NCBI RefSeq assembly: GCF_006345805.1
Contig: NC_043012.1
Span: 46,252,001-46,316,000, forward strand
Source: Octopus sinensis
Lineage: Eukaryota
Direction: 5' to 3'
DNA length: 64,000 nucleotides
Position numbers and translations under genes: made by a program. The notes beneath the pieces are model-generated. The model had not been told where the DNA came from. It saw only the letters and a program-made list of their open reading frames with translations, and searched no databases. Below, one piece after another: positions 49,500 to 63,770 of this stretch. How positions within the stretch are numbered: the first letter of the stretch is position 1; every line of letters starts with the position of its first letter.

Positions 49500-49700
49500 G
49501 TATGTGTGTATTTGTCGTCTATCACTTCATGACTGGTTTGTTTGCGTCCCCAAATCTTAGTGACCCGGCAAAAGAGAGTGATATAGCGCCAGGCTTAAAA
49601 AAATTTGTACTGGTGTTGAATCCTTCGGCTGAAATTCTTGAAGCCTGTGCCCCAGCATGGTAGCAGTCAGATGACTGAAACAAGTCGGAGATAAAAGAGA
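49500..49700 (+). mobile_element. SINE family B-related 3' portion, diverged
   Basis: gcgtccccaaatcttagtgacccggcaaaagagag...ccagcatggtagcagtcagatgactgaaacaagt. Confidence 0.6.
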
Positions 49701-50301
49701 AAATATGTGTTATTCAAAAATGTGTGTTATTATTAAATATAGCATAAGCACGTGAAGTACATTGTTTATGTGTTCAGTTATCTATCGTTATGGCAATATA
49801 TTTATATAAATAGATATATATAGAAAGAATCAAAGCAACAGAGAAATGTATAGATAGTATATTGGTAAATTGTTACAGATATACAATGGATCTCTCACCT
49901 ACATAACGTAACATCAAAGTCACTGGGAATAAATCGATAATGCTTCCATTGTATGTACTCTATATTACTAATGTTGTTTTTCTGTTTTCTTCATATAGTC
50001 CATTACCTCAGCGGAAAACGCACCGAGTAAATCAGTCTCTAGCGCATTTGCTTCGTGAAAATTGAATTGCACACTATGTGATTCGACACATGTTGCATAT
50101 GTTTAAAGTTTTCATATATTCAATGCTTACGCATCCATGATGAACTTCGGAATGCATGGGAGAAGAATAAAAAAATTTTAATAGAAAGTAATTAATAGAA
50201 ATGCGCTGAGAGGAACAGAGGAATAAACACAGGCATATATTACTGAATGGATTAGAAGTAAACAAAATTATATATGTATATAGGTATATATAATATATAT
50301 A

Positions 50302-50375
<74 letters not shown>

Positions 50376-50417
50376 TAGAGATAAGGAATATACATATATA
50401 TATATACATATGTACTG

Positions 50418-50502
<85 letters not shown>

Positions 50503-50509
50503 CACAAGT

Positions 50510-50870
50510 GTGTGTGTAAAGGTTGCTTTTCAACGACATGGTAGTGGGTTTAATCTCACTGATTTACACCTTGGGCTAGTTTCTGCAACGGTTGCTTCGG
50601 GGAGACCAAAGCTTTGTGAGCGGATTTGGTAGACGAAAACTAAAAGGAGCCCGCCCTATGAGTATATGTATATATTTATGTGTGTGTGTCTTTGTGTCTG
50701 TGTTTGTTTCCCCACATACCATCACTGACATTGGTGTGTTTACGTCCCCGTAACTTAGCTGTTTGGCAAAAGCGAGCGATAGAATAAGTTCTAGGCTTAC
50801 AAAGCATTAGTCCTGCAGTTGCTGCTCTTCCAAGGCTGCAGTCAAATGACTGAAACAAATAAGAAAATAA
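50510..50870 (+). mobile_element. SINE family B copy, diverged
   Basis: ggatttggtagacgaaaactaaaaggagcccg...tttacgtccccgtaacttagc...gatagaataagttctaggcttacaaag...gtcaaatgactgaaacaaataag. Confidence 0.78.
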
Positions 50871-50898
50871 AAATACACACACACACACACGTACACCG

Positions 50899-50949
<51 letters not shown>

Positions 50950-50989
50950 AATATATAGGTCAAATTTATAGAAAAGAAGTTCGAAGACA

Positions 50990-51600
50990 GGTGTAGAACG
51001 ACAAGTAGGTGTATCAGATTGACGTACAAGAAAGATGCAAAACTGTTTTATGTTTCGAGCCTACGCTCTTCGACACACAGGAATAAAATGAAATACATAA
51101 AGATTGGAAAAAAAGTGTGTGTGTGTGTATAATGGTGTGTGAAAAGAGTGATGAGCTGAACAATGGCCTGTGTGGATGAGAATACCGAGGTGGGTGGTAT
51201 GCAGGTGTGTAAGTGGAACGTGTGAGAAGTAAGAGGTAATCCATGAATGACTGGTATCAAATGAAAAGAAGAGGTGAGGTTGGTGTCAAATGAAGAGAGG
51301 AGGTGCGTTGAGCCCATGTGGCGCGAATGAACGAAGAGAGAAGATTAATTGTTGTTCACGGTTTGGGAAGAAGAAAATACAGGATGATCAAAACTCCTCC
51401 AGGAACTTGGTGTATACCTCCGTGTTCCGTCTGAAGTCATTCAGGAAGATGAATAGAGGATAACTTTGTCATCAATAGAGATCACTCCAAAGACCATCAT
51501 ATTGACTGATTTTATGTAACGGTGCTGTTTTTCTCACAGACGGTGCCCAACAGATCCAACTATACTTTGTAGTCGACAAAATCAAAAACAAATAATGTGA
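50990..51600 (-). mobile_element. 3' fragment of a PLE related to the 12868 element
   Basis: Minus strand REQQLIFSLRSFAPHGLN matches REQELIFSLRSYTPFGLN at 14755-14810; carries GAAGAGCGTAGGCTCGAAAC at 51052-51071. Confidence 0.75.
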
Positions 51601-51646
51601 TGGGTGAAATTTAAAATATAACATGGCAAGAATTAACACATCGTAG

Positions 51647-51697
<51 letters not shown>

Positions 51698-52180
51698 TCT
51701 TGGAAATGAATGCGGGGCGTGTGATCATCTTTTCTTTCAAGACTGTCCTTAGGACTGGACGAATCCCATCTTTCCTCTTCTCAAAGAAAATGTTTCCCCA
51801 CCGTTCGTTATTTGACCCTCGTTTTGGTCTAATGACCCGCCATGTTTGTTTTTGTTCGGTTCATTTGTATGTCTCTACTGTTGTTTTTTTCTTTCCCAAC
51901 TTTGACACTCTATAAATCCGAAATTTCATTTTTAGTACTTAAGGGAGCAAATGACTTCGAAGACTCATATAGTCGTTCAATGCTCGAAAGGAGGAGGAGT
52001 TAGACAGCCAACAACTGATAATGTATCGTTCTTTATGTTACGTGTCCTGTTTTCCATTTGTTTCTCTCGTTGTTTACGTATTGAAGTCATTTGTTTTCTC
52101 ATTTCATGTCGCTTATTGCTGGTTAGATCCTGTATCCATATATGCATATATATATATATATATATATAATATATATATAT

Positions 52181-52253
<73 letters not shown>

Positions 52254-54131
52254 GTGAGTTTATTTTTCCTTTAGGGTAAGGTCAACAAAGCGTACTCCAT
52301 CATGTGAGAGATGAATATTATTTAATTTACACATAATACAGTTATGAGCCACTAAGAGTTTCATGCACATGAGATGTAACTTTGGCAAACTGTAATAACA
52401 AGTTATGTGTATCCAGGCTCTGAGTACATGGCCTATAAAATTTACAAATCAGGAAGCTAGAATAAGGGAAATGAAGAGAAAGATGGTGCATCGAAAAGTA
52501 AATAGGTGAAAAAATGGAAAAAGAAAAGAAAATTAAAAATGTTTCCCATTTGACCGTAAAGCCAAAAGAAAGCTAGTTGTTGTAGAATGAATAAACGGAG
52601 AGGGTTTCAAATTCTGCGATACATCAGCTCAAACCGGAGTGTGTGGTGTCACTCAATTAGCAAAAAGCAAATTGTTCATATGTTTGCACCTCTTGAAAAT
52701 ATCTGATCTGGAATTCAGTAATGCGGTGGAAAATGTTACGGAATACGCTTCATTTCCTAGGTTCAATGTTTTCTCACTTTATTGTATGTACAGTGGAGTT
52801 GATTTTCAAACCACATATGCAGCTAGTGATTTCATGTTTGTGAGAGAAAAGCTAGGTGTTTTGCGCAGCACCTTTTGTAATCGCCTTCGCATAAACCGAG
52901 GTAATTCTTATATTCGGTCAGGTTAACAAGTGGCGTTGCTGTGACGTCTTTCTAATATACGACGGAGTTTACCATGCACGCCTGGAGAAATTGGCAATCA
53001 TCAGTGTCTTGATAGTTACAACGAGCAGTGGGCTCTTAGTAATGTTTACGGGTGTTGATGGTCTTAACATTGGGGCAGTAACTAGATGACAATTTAATTC
53101 AGCGTCTGTTAAATATCATCATGGGAAATCATTTTCTGGGAAATCCGTAACCAAAAGAAAAGACAGACATTTCTTGCCAACTTTTTAACACTAAGGAGGA
53201 GGAGGATCGAACCAAATTAGATTTCTGTGCCTATTTATAGATTTATTTATATGATTTATATGTTTACTCTATGGGTTATAATATACTTTGCCTTTAAAGT
53301 CACTTTTCAGCCACTGTTAGCTTGGACATTTTTATAGTAGAGAGCTGACTTATTAATTTATTTAGAAGAGAGATCGAATATCCTTTTACTAATGATAGCT
53401 ATGAGATTTTTAAAACAATTTTTAAAATTAGTAGTTTTAAAATTCGTCGCTATTTCCACAAAAAATATGGCTGACAGTGTCTTTCAATTATTTCTTTGTA
53501 TAAATCCATCTTAGACTCTACTTAAGTGAGCCGAGGTAGCCTCCAATTTATGTTTGATTTTAAGTATAATTTATTATAAGTATATACAATAAATGAAATA
53601 GTTACTCATATTCGTGGTATGCGCAAGTGGTCTGGTTACCTATATGTATGTGAAAAGTATTATCATACTTACCAGTCATTTTTAATTTACTACTACAGTA
53701 AATTAGTTTTCAGTTAAGTTCAAATTACTGAAATACTACATGGTTTTATCAAACTTCTTGTTTCTGTTTGAGTTTTCTCTCTCTATAATTTTCTAAAATA
53801 GCGTTTACCTAGATCTTGTTTTGTAACTCGTGAAATGTATCAAAATAGAAATATATATGTATATAGTGGTAAAATTACATATCTTCCAGTTTCACAAATG
53901 TCTTTACAGTGAACAAAAACAATCGTTATTTTATAATCCATAATAGTTTAAAATTTATCACCTGATTTACGAGATTTGAAAAAACATGGATGCTCTGGTT
54001 TCTGTCCTACTTGATTCTATAATTTTATTACTATCTCTTGGAGAAAGAATTATTGTTTCTCTGAGGAAATTTAAATACCAAATTCAGAATATTCTCTAAA
54101 GACATGTAATCAGTAGATTAAGATATTGACG

Positions 54132-54216
54132 ATGTATGAAATTCAATTTAATTATCATGAAGAAGATTTGAAAACAGAGATAAGCAGCAGAAGAGATCAT
54201 AAATGTGGATGGCTTT
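54132..54216 (+). CDS. Candidate first coding exon of an unidentified host gene (MYEIQFNYHEEDLKTEISSRRDHKCGWL, phase 1)
   Basis: ATG at 54132 with in-frame upstream stop (TAG 54114), 28 open codons of protein-like composition, donor GTGAGT at 54217; possible acceptor tgtctttacAG at 53908-53909. Confidence 0.4.
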
Positions 54217-54678
54217 GTGAGTATTAAGAAATATTGGATTACATCTTAGCAAAGAGCGCATGTTTCACTTGCAGTCAATAGCATTAGGATTTTATAAGGT
54301 TTAAACTGATGGCTGGTTTAATGAATCTAATCTCAACTGAAATGGTTTTCCCATGCTATTTGTATTCATACGGAAAGTTACTATCGTTATTTGATATATC
54401 TTTAGAACATGTTTAAGTATAATTCTTTCTGTTATTCAAATTGTTTTCTGTTTCAAAACAAAATTTTTACACGTGAATGAACACGTTTATACACACGGGA
54501 GCACACAACAGATGATAAAATAAAGCCAAACACATACAGTGTCACTTATATGCGCATGCAGATGCTTAACTACAAAAACGCCCACATACACAGATTTATA
54601 ATTAGAGGTTTGTCTTACCAGACATCTTTCACTCATGATCTTCCTAATCTCTTGCTCTCACCCATTCTTTACTTATAC

Positions 54679-54777
<99 letters not shown>

Positions 54778-54787
54778 ATATGCATAT

Positions 54788-54869
<82 letters not shown>

Positions 54870-55329
54870 TTGCATGTGTGTGTATCTACTACGTATGCGG
54901 AAAATTCTGTCTGTGGGTGTTTGTGGAGTCGTTAGCTAACTTCTCCTACATCATTTTATAGATTTTCAAGAAACTTGACAAGTGTGTAGAACGCATGTCT
55001 GCAAACGTCATGGCATACTCAGATAGTTGAAAAAATTGATTATAGAGCCCCGAATGGATCCTTATATATATCTAATATATTTCATTTTAACAGCCAAGAA
55101 AAATAACGCATTCGCCCAGATTTTAACAGGCAGAGGGAATAAACCATTTATTTTCCTGAATCATTTGCTATAAATAAAATTGAGTATACTTATTTCTTAG
55201 TATTTGAAATATTAGAGTTATTTTCACTACTTATCCAGTATAATCTTTAAGCAAGTAAATACTACGCCATATACCCGTGGGGAATTATGGAGTGAATTTT
55301 CTAACATCTAACATCTTCCTATCCTTTCT

Positions 55330-55700
55330 TTATACCGGTACCCATATGCTATTCATATCTACACTCAGTCTGCTTAGGAGGTTGTTGTGTCCTAGCATAT
55401 GTGCTGCTTCTTTTAGTTTTCGTATTTTCCAGTGGTGTTCTCTATCTATTATTTTAATTTCATCCCATAGGGGGAGGTGGTCTCCATTTTTCCATACATG
55501 ATCGGCTATACCCAATTTATCAATATCTCCTCGTGTCACAGCTTTGCAATGTTCCTCTACCCTTATTTTGAGGGGTAAGCATGTTTCGCCTTTGTACAAC
55601 CTACCACAGCCGCATGGGATAGACTACACGCAGTTTTTGGTCATATTCTCTTCTATAGGTGGTTTTAACCGAAGGGGATACTTGCGAAACCACAACCCCG
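55330..55700 (-). mobile_element. PLE GIY-YIG endonuclease C-terminal fragment
   Basis: CGCGRLYKGETCLPLKIRVEEHCKAVTRGD..GIADHVW..LWDEIKIIDREHHWKIRKLKEAAHM. Confidence 0.8.
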
Positions 55701-55751
55701 CACCAATGGTGTGGTGTGGTGGTTTGGGGATGTGGGGATGTGAGTTACTTG

Positions 55752-55920
55752 TAGGCGCAAAAGTGACTGTGTGGTAAGTAGCTTGCTTACCAACCACATG
55801 GTTCCGGTTTCAGTCTCATTGCCTGGCACCTTGGCCAAGTGTCTTCTACTCTAGCCACGAACATACCTAGGCTTTGTGAGTAGATTTGGTAGGCGGAAAC
55901 TGAAAGAAACCCGTCGTATA
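55752..55920 (+). mobile_element. SINE family B 5' portion
   Basis: gtgactgtgtggtaagtagcttgcttaccaaccacatggttccggtttcagtc...gatttggtaggcggaaactgaaagaaacccgtcg. Confidence 0.82.
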
Positions 55921-55954
55921 TATATATGGAAAGAAACCCGTCGTATATATATTT

Positions 55955-56840
55955 ATGTGGAGGAATTCTAGGTAGCTCAAGAAAATTAGGGGATGGGTAA
56001 TGGACAGCTTGATTTTCATCAAGAACTGAATCAACTGATTTGCATTTCTTAATGACTGTTGTAATCTTATTCATCAATTTATGGTTAATCCTTGCTACTG
56101 TCTCTCATTTTTGGAGTAAGTATTGCCCTTTCACACAACCATTTATGTGAATTATAATTATTACTTAAGTCTGGCAATATCCTGTTCTTCAGTTCAGCTG
56201 GGGAATTCCCCATGATAGCAATATGAGCCAAACTGATATCACCATTCCCATCAAATGGTACTTTCCCATTTCCTAAGTGGAGAATTCAGGTTGGAAACCG
56301 TTTTGCACATTGGTCGCCATGCAATGAAGCTCATACTCTTGTATTGACGGAAAATTTAAGTACTTTATTCCATAGGTGTGAAGACTTAATGCATGCTTTT
56401 ATTTCATCAGATCTTGTTCGTCTCAGAATGACTGGTAATATGTCTGAAGTCTCCTGATATAGCTAATGTAACTCCTCTCATAAATTTATTGCTGCTTCTG
56501 ATGTCCTTTAAGGTCTTACGAAGAGCTTCCATTGCACCTCTATGTGACATGGTACATTCATCCCAAATGGTAAGGTGGCATTTGCACAACACTTCTGCCG
56601 AACCTGAATCTTTGCTTATGTTACAAACTGGACTGTCACTTGTGACCATGTTTAGTGGTAACTCAAAATCAGAATAAGCTGCTTGTCCTCCTGGGAGAAT
56701 GGTGACACCAAAACTAGACAATGGTACAGCGACTAGAATTCTTTTTTGTTGCCTTACCTTCGAGAGAAGCAACGTTACAAATGTTTTACCTCTGTCACTA
56801 GGGGCATCAAGAAAGAAGATTCCTCTGTTTTTTTTCTGAC
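55955..56840 (-). mobile_element. Helitron PIF1-family helicase fragment, decayed
   Basis: FFLDAPSDRGKTF (Walker A, mutated), ILPGGQAAYSDFELPL, LTIWDECTM, GGV/LAISGDFRHI, ACIKSSHLW, WLCERAILTP, NFLELPRIPPH. Confidence 0.88.
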
Positions 56841-57405
56841 TATTGTGGAACACGCGCGCGCACACACACAGATACAAATATATACAGTATCAAACACCAG
56901 AAGAAATGGTTGTGTGTGTGTATATTTGTGTGTGAAAAAGAGAGCGAGTGACGGGGTGTGCTGTCAGGTATACGTACATACATAAATAGGCATACATATT
57001 TTTTGTATATATGTGTGAGTGGGTGTGTGTGAGAGAGATATAGAGAGTGCTACTTAGATACCACTCTCTCTCTCTCTCTCTCTCTCACACATACATACAA
57101 AAAAGATGTATGCATATGTATTTATGTGTGTACATATAAATGACAACACTCCCCTTCACTCACTGTCAGGCAGAGTCACACACATATACATAAATGTATA
57201 CAAACGTAATGTGTGACTGACTACAAATACATAGAGCTGAAGACGGCGTGAAAAAGAAAATAAATAAAAACATTTTGCCTAAATTAACGACGTGTGCGAG
57301 TTCCAGCAAAATAATACCCATATTTTTGGGACGCCCCATGTTGAATTGCAAAATTTTAACGTGATATTTGTGTAATGAAGTAATTAAACCTGGTGTGTGT
57401 GTGTA

Positions 57406-57458
<53 letters not shown>

Positions 57459-57894
57459 GCGATGGATAGATAAACAGATAGATTGATATATATATAGAGA
57501 GATAGATAGATAGATAGATAGACAGAGAGAGAGAGAGCATTGCAAACAATGAAGGAGATAGACATGCAATTAAAAAATCGTATAAATAAAAACACATTAA
57601 AGACTATCTTGTACTGAATATCTAAATTTGTGAACTTAGTAAATATTTGTTCCAGTAATTTATCGTAGTTGTTTACAAATAGCGAATTAAAACTTGAAAT
57701 GAAGACATTAATATTAGACAGGGCCAGACTTCGTTTTGTTTTACGTCGGTACCGGAAGTTGACCCAGAGAAATATTTTTAAAGAAATGAATCTAATCAAA
57801 TAATATATTATGAAACATTAAAAAATTTTTTTATGAAAAAAATCATATATATATATATATGTATATAAGTATATATATATATATATATATAGAT

Positions 57895-58097
57895 GTTTGT
57901 GTGTCTGTGTTTGTCCTCCCACCGTCTCTTGACAACCGATGTTGGTGTATTTACGTCCCCGTAACCTAGCGGTTCGGTAAGAGGAACCGATAAAATAAGT
58001 ACTAGGCTGACAAAGAATAAGTCATGTGGTCGATTTGTTCGACTAAACGCGGGGCAGCATCATGGCCGCAGTCAAATGACTGAAACAAATAAAAGAA
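57895..58097 (+). mobile_element. SINE family B 3' portion
   Basis: tttgtcctcccaccgtctcttgacaaccgatgttggtgtatttacgtccccgtaacctagcggttcgg...catggccgcagtcaaatgactgaaacaaataaaag. Confidence 0.82.
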
Positions 58098-61000
58098 TAT
58101 ATATATATGTGGGGGGGGGGCGTGTGTGTATACGTACACTCATCTATATATATATATAAACATATTTTGTGTATGTGTATATGCCGTGTCGTGTGGTGTG
58201 TGTGAGTTTGTGTGTGTATTTGTCTGCTTATGTGAAGTTGGGCCGAATTACAAGAAATATCCTGGTACAATTAATTTTTCTTTTATTGCGGTATTTTAGC
58301 GTATTCTGGTCTGTGACATGTTACAATATGATTCTATATACAGCAATCGTTAATTATATTCAAATATTATCAATTCTTGCGTGAAAAGGGATACCACATC
58401 CCCACTTTCAAAGTTCGTCATTATGCAAGTCTTGATGAACTTGAGATGTTAGGGTCATGAAATAGAATTGTATCTCTAACTTCATGCTATATTAATGTTG
58501 CTTTTGTTCATTATTAGTCAAAGTCATCGTTACCTGATGGTCTAACATAATTAATATGGCTTCGTTTTCGCCAAAGGAAATTTCATACATTAACGTCACT
58601 TTTTCTGACGAAGAATACATTAATCTCTTTCTCCAGGTTCATGGATCTTGTCTTGGATAGTCTTATCTGAATTATTCAAATCGTTTCTTTCTTTTGTTTC
58701 AATAAGCAATACATTTTCATATCGATATATTTCCGTCATTTACAAGCAACTTCAAAACTTATCATCACTAAATGATCTTAATAACTAAAATTGTACTTGT
58801 TTCTTTACCTTTCCGTACCAGTGAATGTGCAGACGTGGATATAATTAGGTTCGTATCGAATTTTCCTTATCAATGTATACTTATATATCTGCAGGAGAAC
58901 AACATTCAAATTCTTCTTTGAAACATGGAATTGACTCCTGATATGAATATGTAGCAAGTTCTTTAGAAACAGACGGAAGTGTGTTAATACATTTACTATA
59001 ATGCTGAAGAGAATTCTTTAAATAGCTAAGTGAAACATGCTTTTAGAGATTATGATGAAGACATTAAGAAGATATCACAGCAAATATGACTAAACGTAAC
59101 TATATATAAATCTAAACATTTAACTATTAAAATATTTAAACTGAATTGCCATACACAGATGCACACATATTTAAACAACTTCATACGTCCACAGATATAA
59201 GCACATATATAGATACACGCACACACACATATGTATATATTAATATATATATATATGTCTATACACATATATACATATATTTGTACATATACAAATATAT
59301 GCATATAAACATGCACCCTTGTATGCTCATATATGTATGGAGAGTTAAATGTACACACACACACACACATGTATATACGCGTATGTATATATATGCATGT
59401 CTGTATGTATATCATTATTCAGTTTAATTCAAGATTTCTTGGTAACTGAGAAAGAACCGGTTTCTAACCTCGATCCAAATCTACTTCATTGGAATTGCAA
59501 TATCAACAACAGGGTATTTTTCTATATATGCATGCATGTATTTTTGTACGTGTGTGTCTGTGCGTGTGTGTGTCTGTGTGTATGTGTATTCACACATATT
59601 TGACTACGTGCTTAAATATGTTAAAGCGAAACATGAATTTTCTTTTTACCGTACAAATCATATGGAAGGCTTTATTTTGAAAGTGTAGTTACATTGATAT
59701 ACATGGGATACTTGTAAATATTCATTGCAGATTATGCTGCGGTTTGAAAATAAATGAATATATTAATTTACAAATTTGAACATACAATTTTTTTGAAACC
59801 GTGGTGATGAGAGATACATAATTACAATTCCAAAAATCGGAAGCAATTACTTTTTTAAAAAATGTGAAAAATTATGTTTTCACACACAAAAACACATGAA
59901 AAATAAGTTGACAAAAAGGAAATTATAACATTAAAAAATAATAAAAAGAAAACAATTTCCTTTCATGAGAATTTTTATTATTTATTTATGAATTTAATTC
60001 GATTTTGCATTTATATTAAATTTTTGTCTTTTCAATGAAACGTGTTTAAAAGAAAATAGTTTTTGGGTTAATTAACATTATTTCGATAAGCAGATGTTTT
60101 GACTTCAGTTTTATCAGCATTCTTCTGATATAGAAATATGTGATAGCTCCAAAAGCACTGCGTAGCATCCAGTTATATTCTACTTTTTCCCTTCACTTCA
60201 CATTTTATTAATCAGTTTTTTTCATGTTTCCTTTTAAGTTTTCAATTGCAAATGTGTTTCATTTTTCTATATTTACTCTGTAATTTTATTTTATGTTATA
60301 AATTTGCTTTCATTTTTATGTTACAATGCTGCGTTACTGAGATTTTTCCTGAAAATCACATTTTTCTCATTTTTCACTGTTAATAAATGTATCAACGTAA
60401 TCATAATTCTAAATCTTTCATTTTACTATATATGCACATACATACGTACATACATACATACATACATGCATGCATAATTACGTACATACATAGATACGTA
60501 CACACAAACACACATACACACCCACACACATATATACGCACACACACATATGTCTTTGCTTCTACTGTTGTAAGAAATATGAATGATTAAGCGCCTGCCA
60601 CAGTCTACAACACATTTCATATCAATGATAGGAACTCGTGATGAATGACTATATTTTTATCATCATATGCATGTATGTAAGGGCTTTTTTCTGATATCAC
60701 TTTTCTGTAAAGCATTTTAGTATGTTACACGATGGTGCATCTCTATTAAATAACGATTTCATTGACGTATCTTCAGAAAACTTCTCTGATGTTGACGGTT
60801 AAACATTAGGCTAATTATCAGGTAATAATATTGATCGTTTATGCAGAAGTGTACGAACGGAAAAGCATAAACCAAGTCCTGATTGTAGTTAATATTTCTA
60901 CAGTTGGTTGCAGCACACTCAATGGGAAATAATTAGAAAAATGAATAAGCAACTTAACTCTAGCATTAAATGTACCCTTCAGTAGGATTAAGTTCTTCAC

Positions 61001-62019
61001 AAGAGAAAGTTTATAATGATAGTCAACGTAGAGGAAATCTTAATTTCCAATTTTTAATATGAAGGAGGGAAATTCGTTTTTATTAAAGCATTTCTTGTCA
61101 TTCAGTGCAAAGATTATTTTTTGCTGCTGAAGAAGTTTAAAAAAGAAGGAAATGACGGTTCATTAGGTAGAGAAATATATTCAATCACCGACATCACATT
61201 AAACGTTTATTATAGTTTATGAGTATGTGTATGCATGTGTATATCCCCTTAGGTTTGAATTTTCCTGACGGTGGAAATATTTTAAGGATGCGGTACGCAG
61301 TTTTAGTTTAAGCTCTTATTTTAAGTGAGAAATCTATCCATGCTGTGAGGACTGATTTACTGACAAAATTACTCAAAGATAAATTGCAATGTAACTTTCT
61401 ATGCGACACAAGACAAGTTAATTGATTAACTTCTGGGAGCACAATATCAGGCATTCAATAAAAGTGCTGATCAGCTTAATGGTTTCAATATATATATTAC
61501 TACACTGCAGTCGATTATATTTTCTCAAATCATAAATGTTTTTTATACAAAGAAAACTACATACGTGCAAGAAACATCGAAACGTATACATATGTAAACG
61601 TACGTACCAACACATATTCCATTCAGCCGTTTCTGTCCACACCTGCACTGTGCTGCTAGTATATCGTTGACGGTTGTCGCTTACTGGTCGAAACTGACGA
61701 AGGGCAGAACAAACGATGTGCTGCTCTCGTTACGTGATTAGGCATGACAAACGACACCTAGGTGAAAGTTGCATCCGAAAACAAAGGTAGGAGTGGATAA
61801 TGTAAAATTTCTTGTCAAAATTCTGTCTAATCTGACAACCGAATGAACCTGGAAACGTAATTTATATATCGGTTGCAAAAAGAATGAAAGCTAAGGTTAC
61901 ATATACATACATACATACATACATACATACATACATACATAAATGCATACAAACACACACATATATGTATGTATATATGTATGTATATATAACCTTCAGT
62001 TAAAAGATAGATTTTACGG

Positions 62020-63770
62020 ATGCTCTAAGGGAATCGTCAGTGATATTTTTTGGTTTCAGCGAGTTGCGTATATTTCAGCAGATTCCCTCTCTCGTTTGAC
62101 TCAGCTGGGGTTGGTCAAGTACTACCTTGCAGCTCAGTAGTAGCAGACCACATGTCGGCATTCTTTTTTGTCTAAGGCCACCTAGTGTCCTTCTCAGTAT
62201 CTTCCTTTGATAGAACCTATAGCCCTCTTCTTTGATGTGGCAGTAAATACAAGCCCGATCAGATTTTTCAAGAATATTCGACCCACAAATTTCGACAGGT
62301 CGCTTCTATTGCTGCACATTGTGCTTGCCAGCCCTGATCTCTGCACTGCCTGGACAGCGTGTTATTGGTAGGATGCCAATGTGAAACTGTGTAAACAAGG
62401 CGTGATGGTCGTAGAAGTGTCAATGAATTGGATTTCTTTACGGGTCTGAGAAAATTGATGACTTCCTTCCTGGAGTGGTATTTATTAGGCTAAATAGCTG
62501 CTGATATCACGTATGCAACTACCCAAATAAGTGACCTTGAGTCCGGCGTTAGCAGCCCTCAGCTAAGTTATTAGGTCGGCTGCTGAGTAAATGTTGAAGG
62601 GATAAGACAGTGTTTCACTTCTGCCCTGTAGGTGAACGTTCATTGACAGCTTAGATTAGAAATCTGATGCACTGAAAATCAGCCCGAACAGATGCAACAA
62701 CTTGATATTACGCTGCTGCACTTCGTCCCACCTATTCTAGTCTCCTTGTTGGCTAATACGCATAATTCGGCTATCCTTCAATTCGCACTCTTTTTAATTA
62801 TTTTTGTTTTTTCCTTTACACCAATCTGGTGGTTTGAAAAGTAGCCCAAAACTGATCGACCAATTACCTGAGTCGATATGAAAGGCGTCTGCTCAATCTT
62901 TCGTTGCCATCTGCATGAACTAAAATGCCAGCTACTGTTACTTCTGTGTCACTGCGATCTACGAACTGCATGGCCTGCCTTATTCTTGTCACTAGGAACT
63001 CTTCTGAGAGGCCACTGAATTTTGCACATAAGGCGTTGGTAGACGATGATGTTGCTTAGGCGCCTAAGTAGGTTAACACACCACCTCAATAGACGGCTGA
63101 CACTCTTCTCCAAGGTTTCCATGTTTGACATACTGACGTCATATAATGACGGACCACAACATTCTGGGCAGGATCTCATGCTGGCATATCCAAGTTTTGA
63201 AGCGACCAGAAATCTAGATATGCCCAAATTAATAAACCATTTTCAAGGTTTTCATTGATTAAGCGGATGGAAAACATGTCCTTCAGTCTGATGTCAAAGC
63301 GTTTTATTAAACTTTTGATTAGTCGCTCTGTCAAGGCTGGAAGGTCCTCGACTTTGATGGGGTGAAGCTCATCCTCGCCCAAGAGATAAGCTACTCGAGT
63401 CTTTGAAAGATGCACTTGCCACTAGAAGCTGTTCACCTTGTTACAGTTAGGACTTCCATGAAGGCCCTTATTGGTGGCTATTACATGCTAGATTTCGTCT
63501 TGGAATCCTGAGACACCATCCCTAATTTCTTGATCATCAGTTTCTTTGTGATTACTAATAGAGTTAATGAGTTGATGCAGCGACTTAAGATAACCCATTT
63601 CCAAACTCTGCCACTCGGATAATCTAGAATGAGTTCAGTGATCGTCTTAGGGACGTGATGGCTTGAAGCGCTTAAACTACGAAGATCTTCATTGTATAAA
63701 GGCCGAATTTACGACGCTTGCATCGGGCAGAGGTCTATCATAGTCGATTCCAATATTTCTCGAGTCACGT
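62020..63770 (-). mobile_element. Second HERO-type non-LTR element, RT C-terminal half to 3' UTR, strongly decayed
   Basis: Minus strand PIRAFME, HVPKTITELILDY, LYDVSMSNMETLEKSVSRLLRW..LSNIIVY, RPVEI; 3' UTR with GCTGAAAC...CTGACGAT as in the 7645 element. Confidence 0.7.

Noticed and set aside
50008-50205. Minus-strand exon-like segment with good acceptor and donor
   Set aside because: No coding continuity through the segment in the frame checked and no partner exons; cannot be supported without RNA data.
58556-58660. Short ORF MASFSPKEISYINVTFSDEEYINLFLQVHGSCLG
   Set aside because: 34 codons, no recognisable homology, no convincing splice sites.
61694-61730. CTGACGA-A-GGGCAG...CTGCTC hairpin
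   Set aside because: Not followed by GAAA; incomplete hammerhead core.
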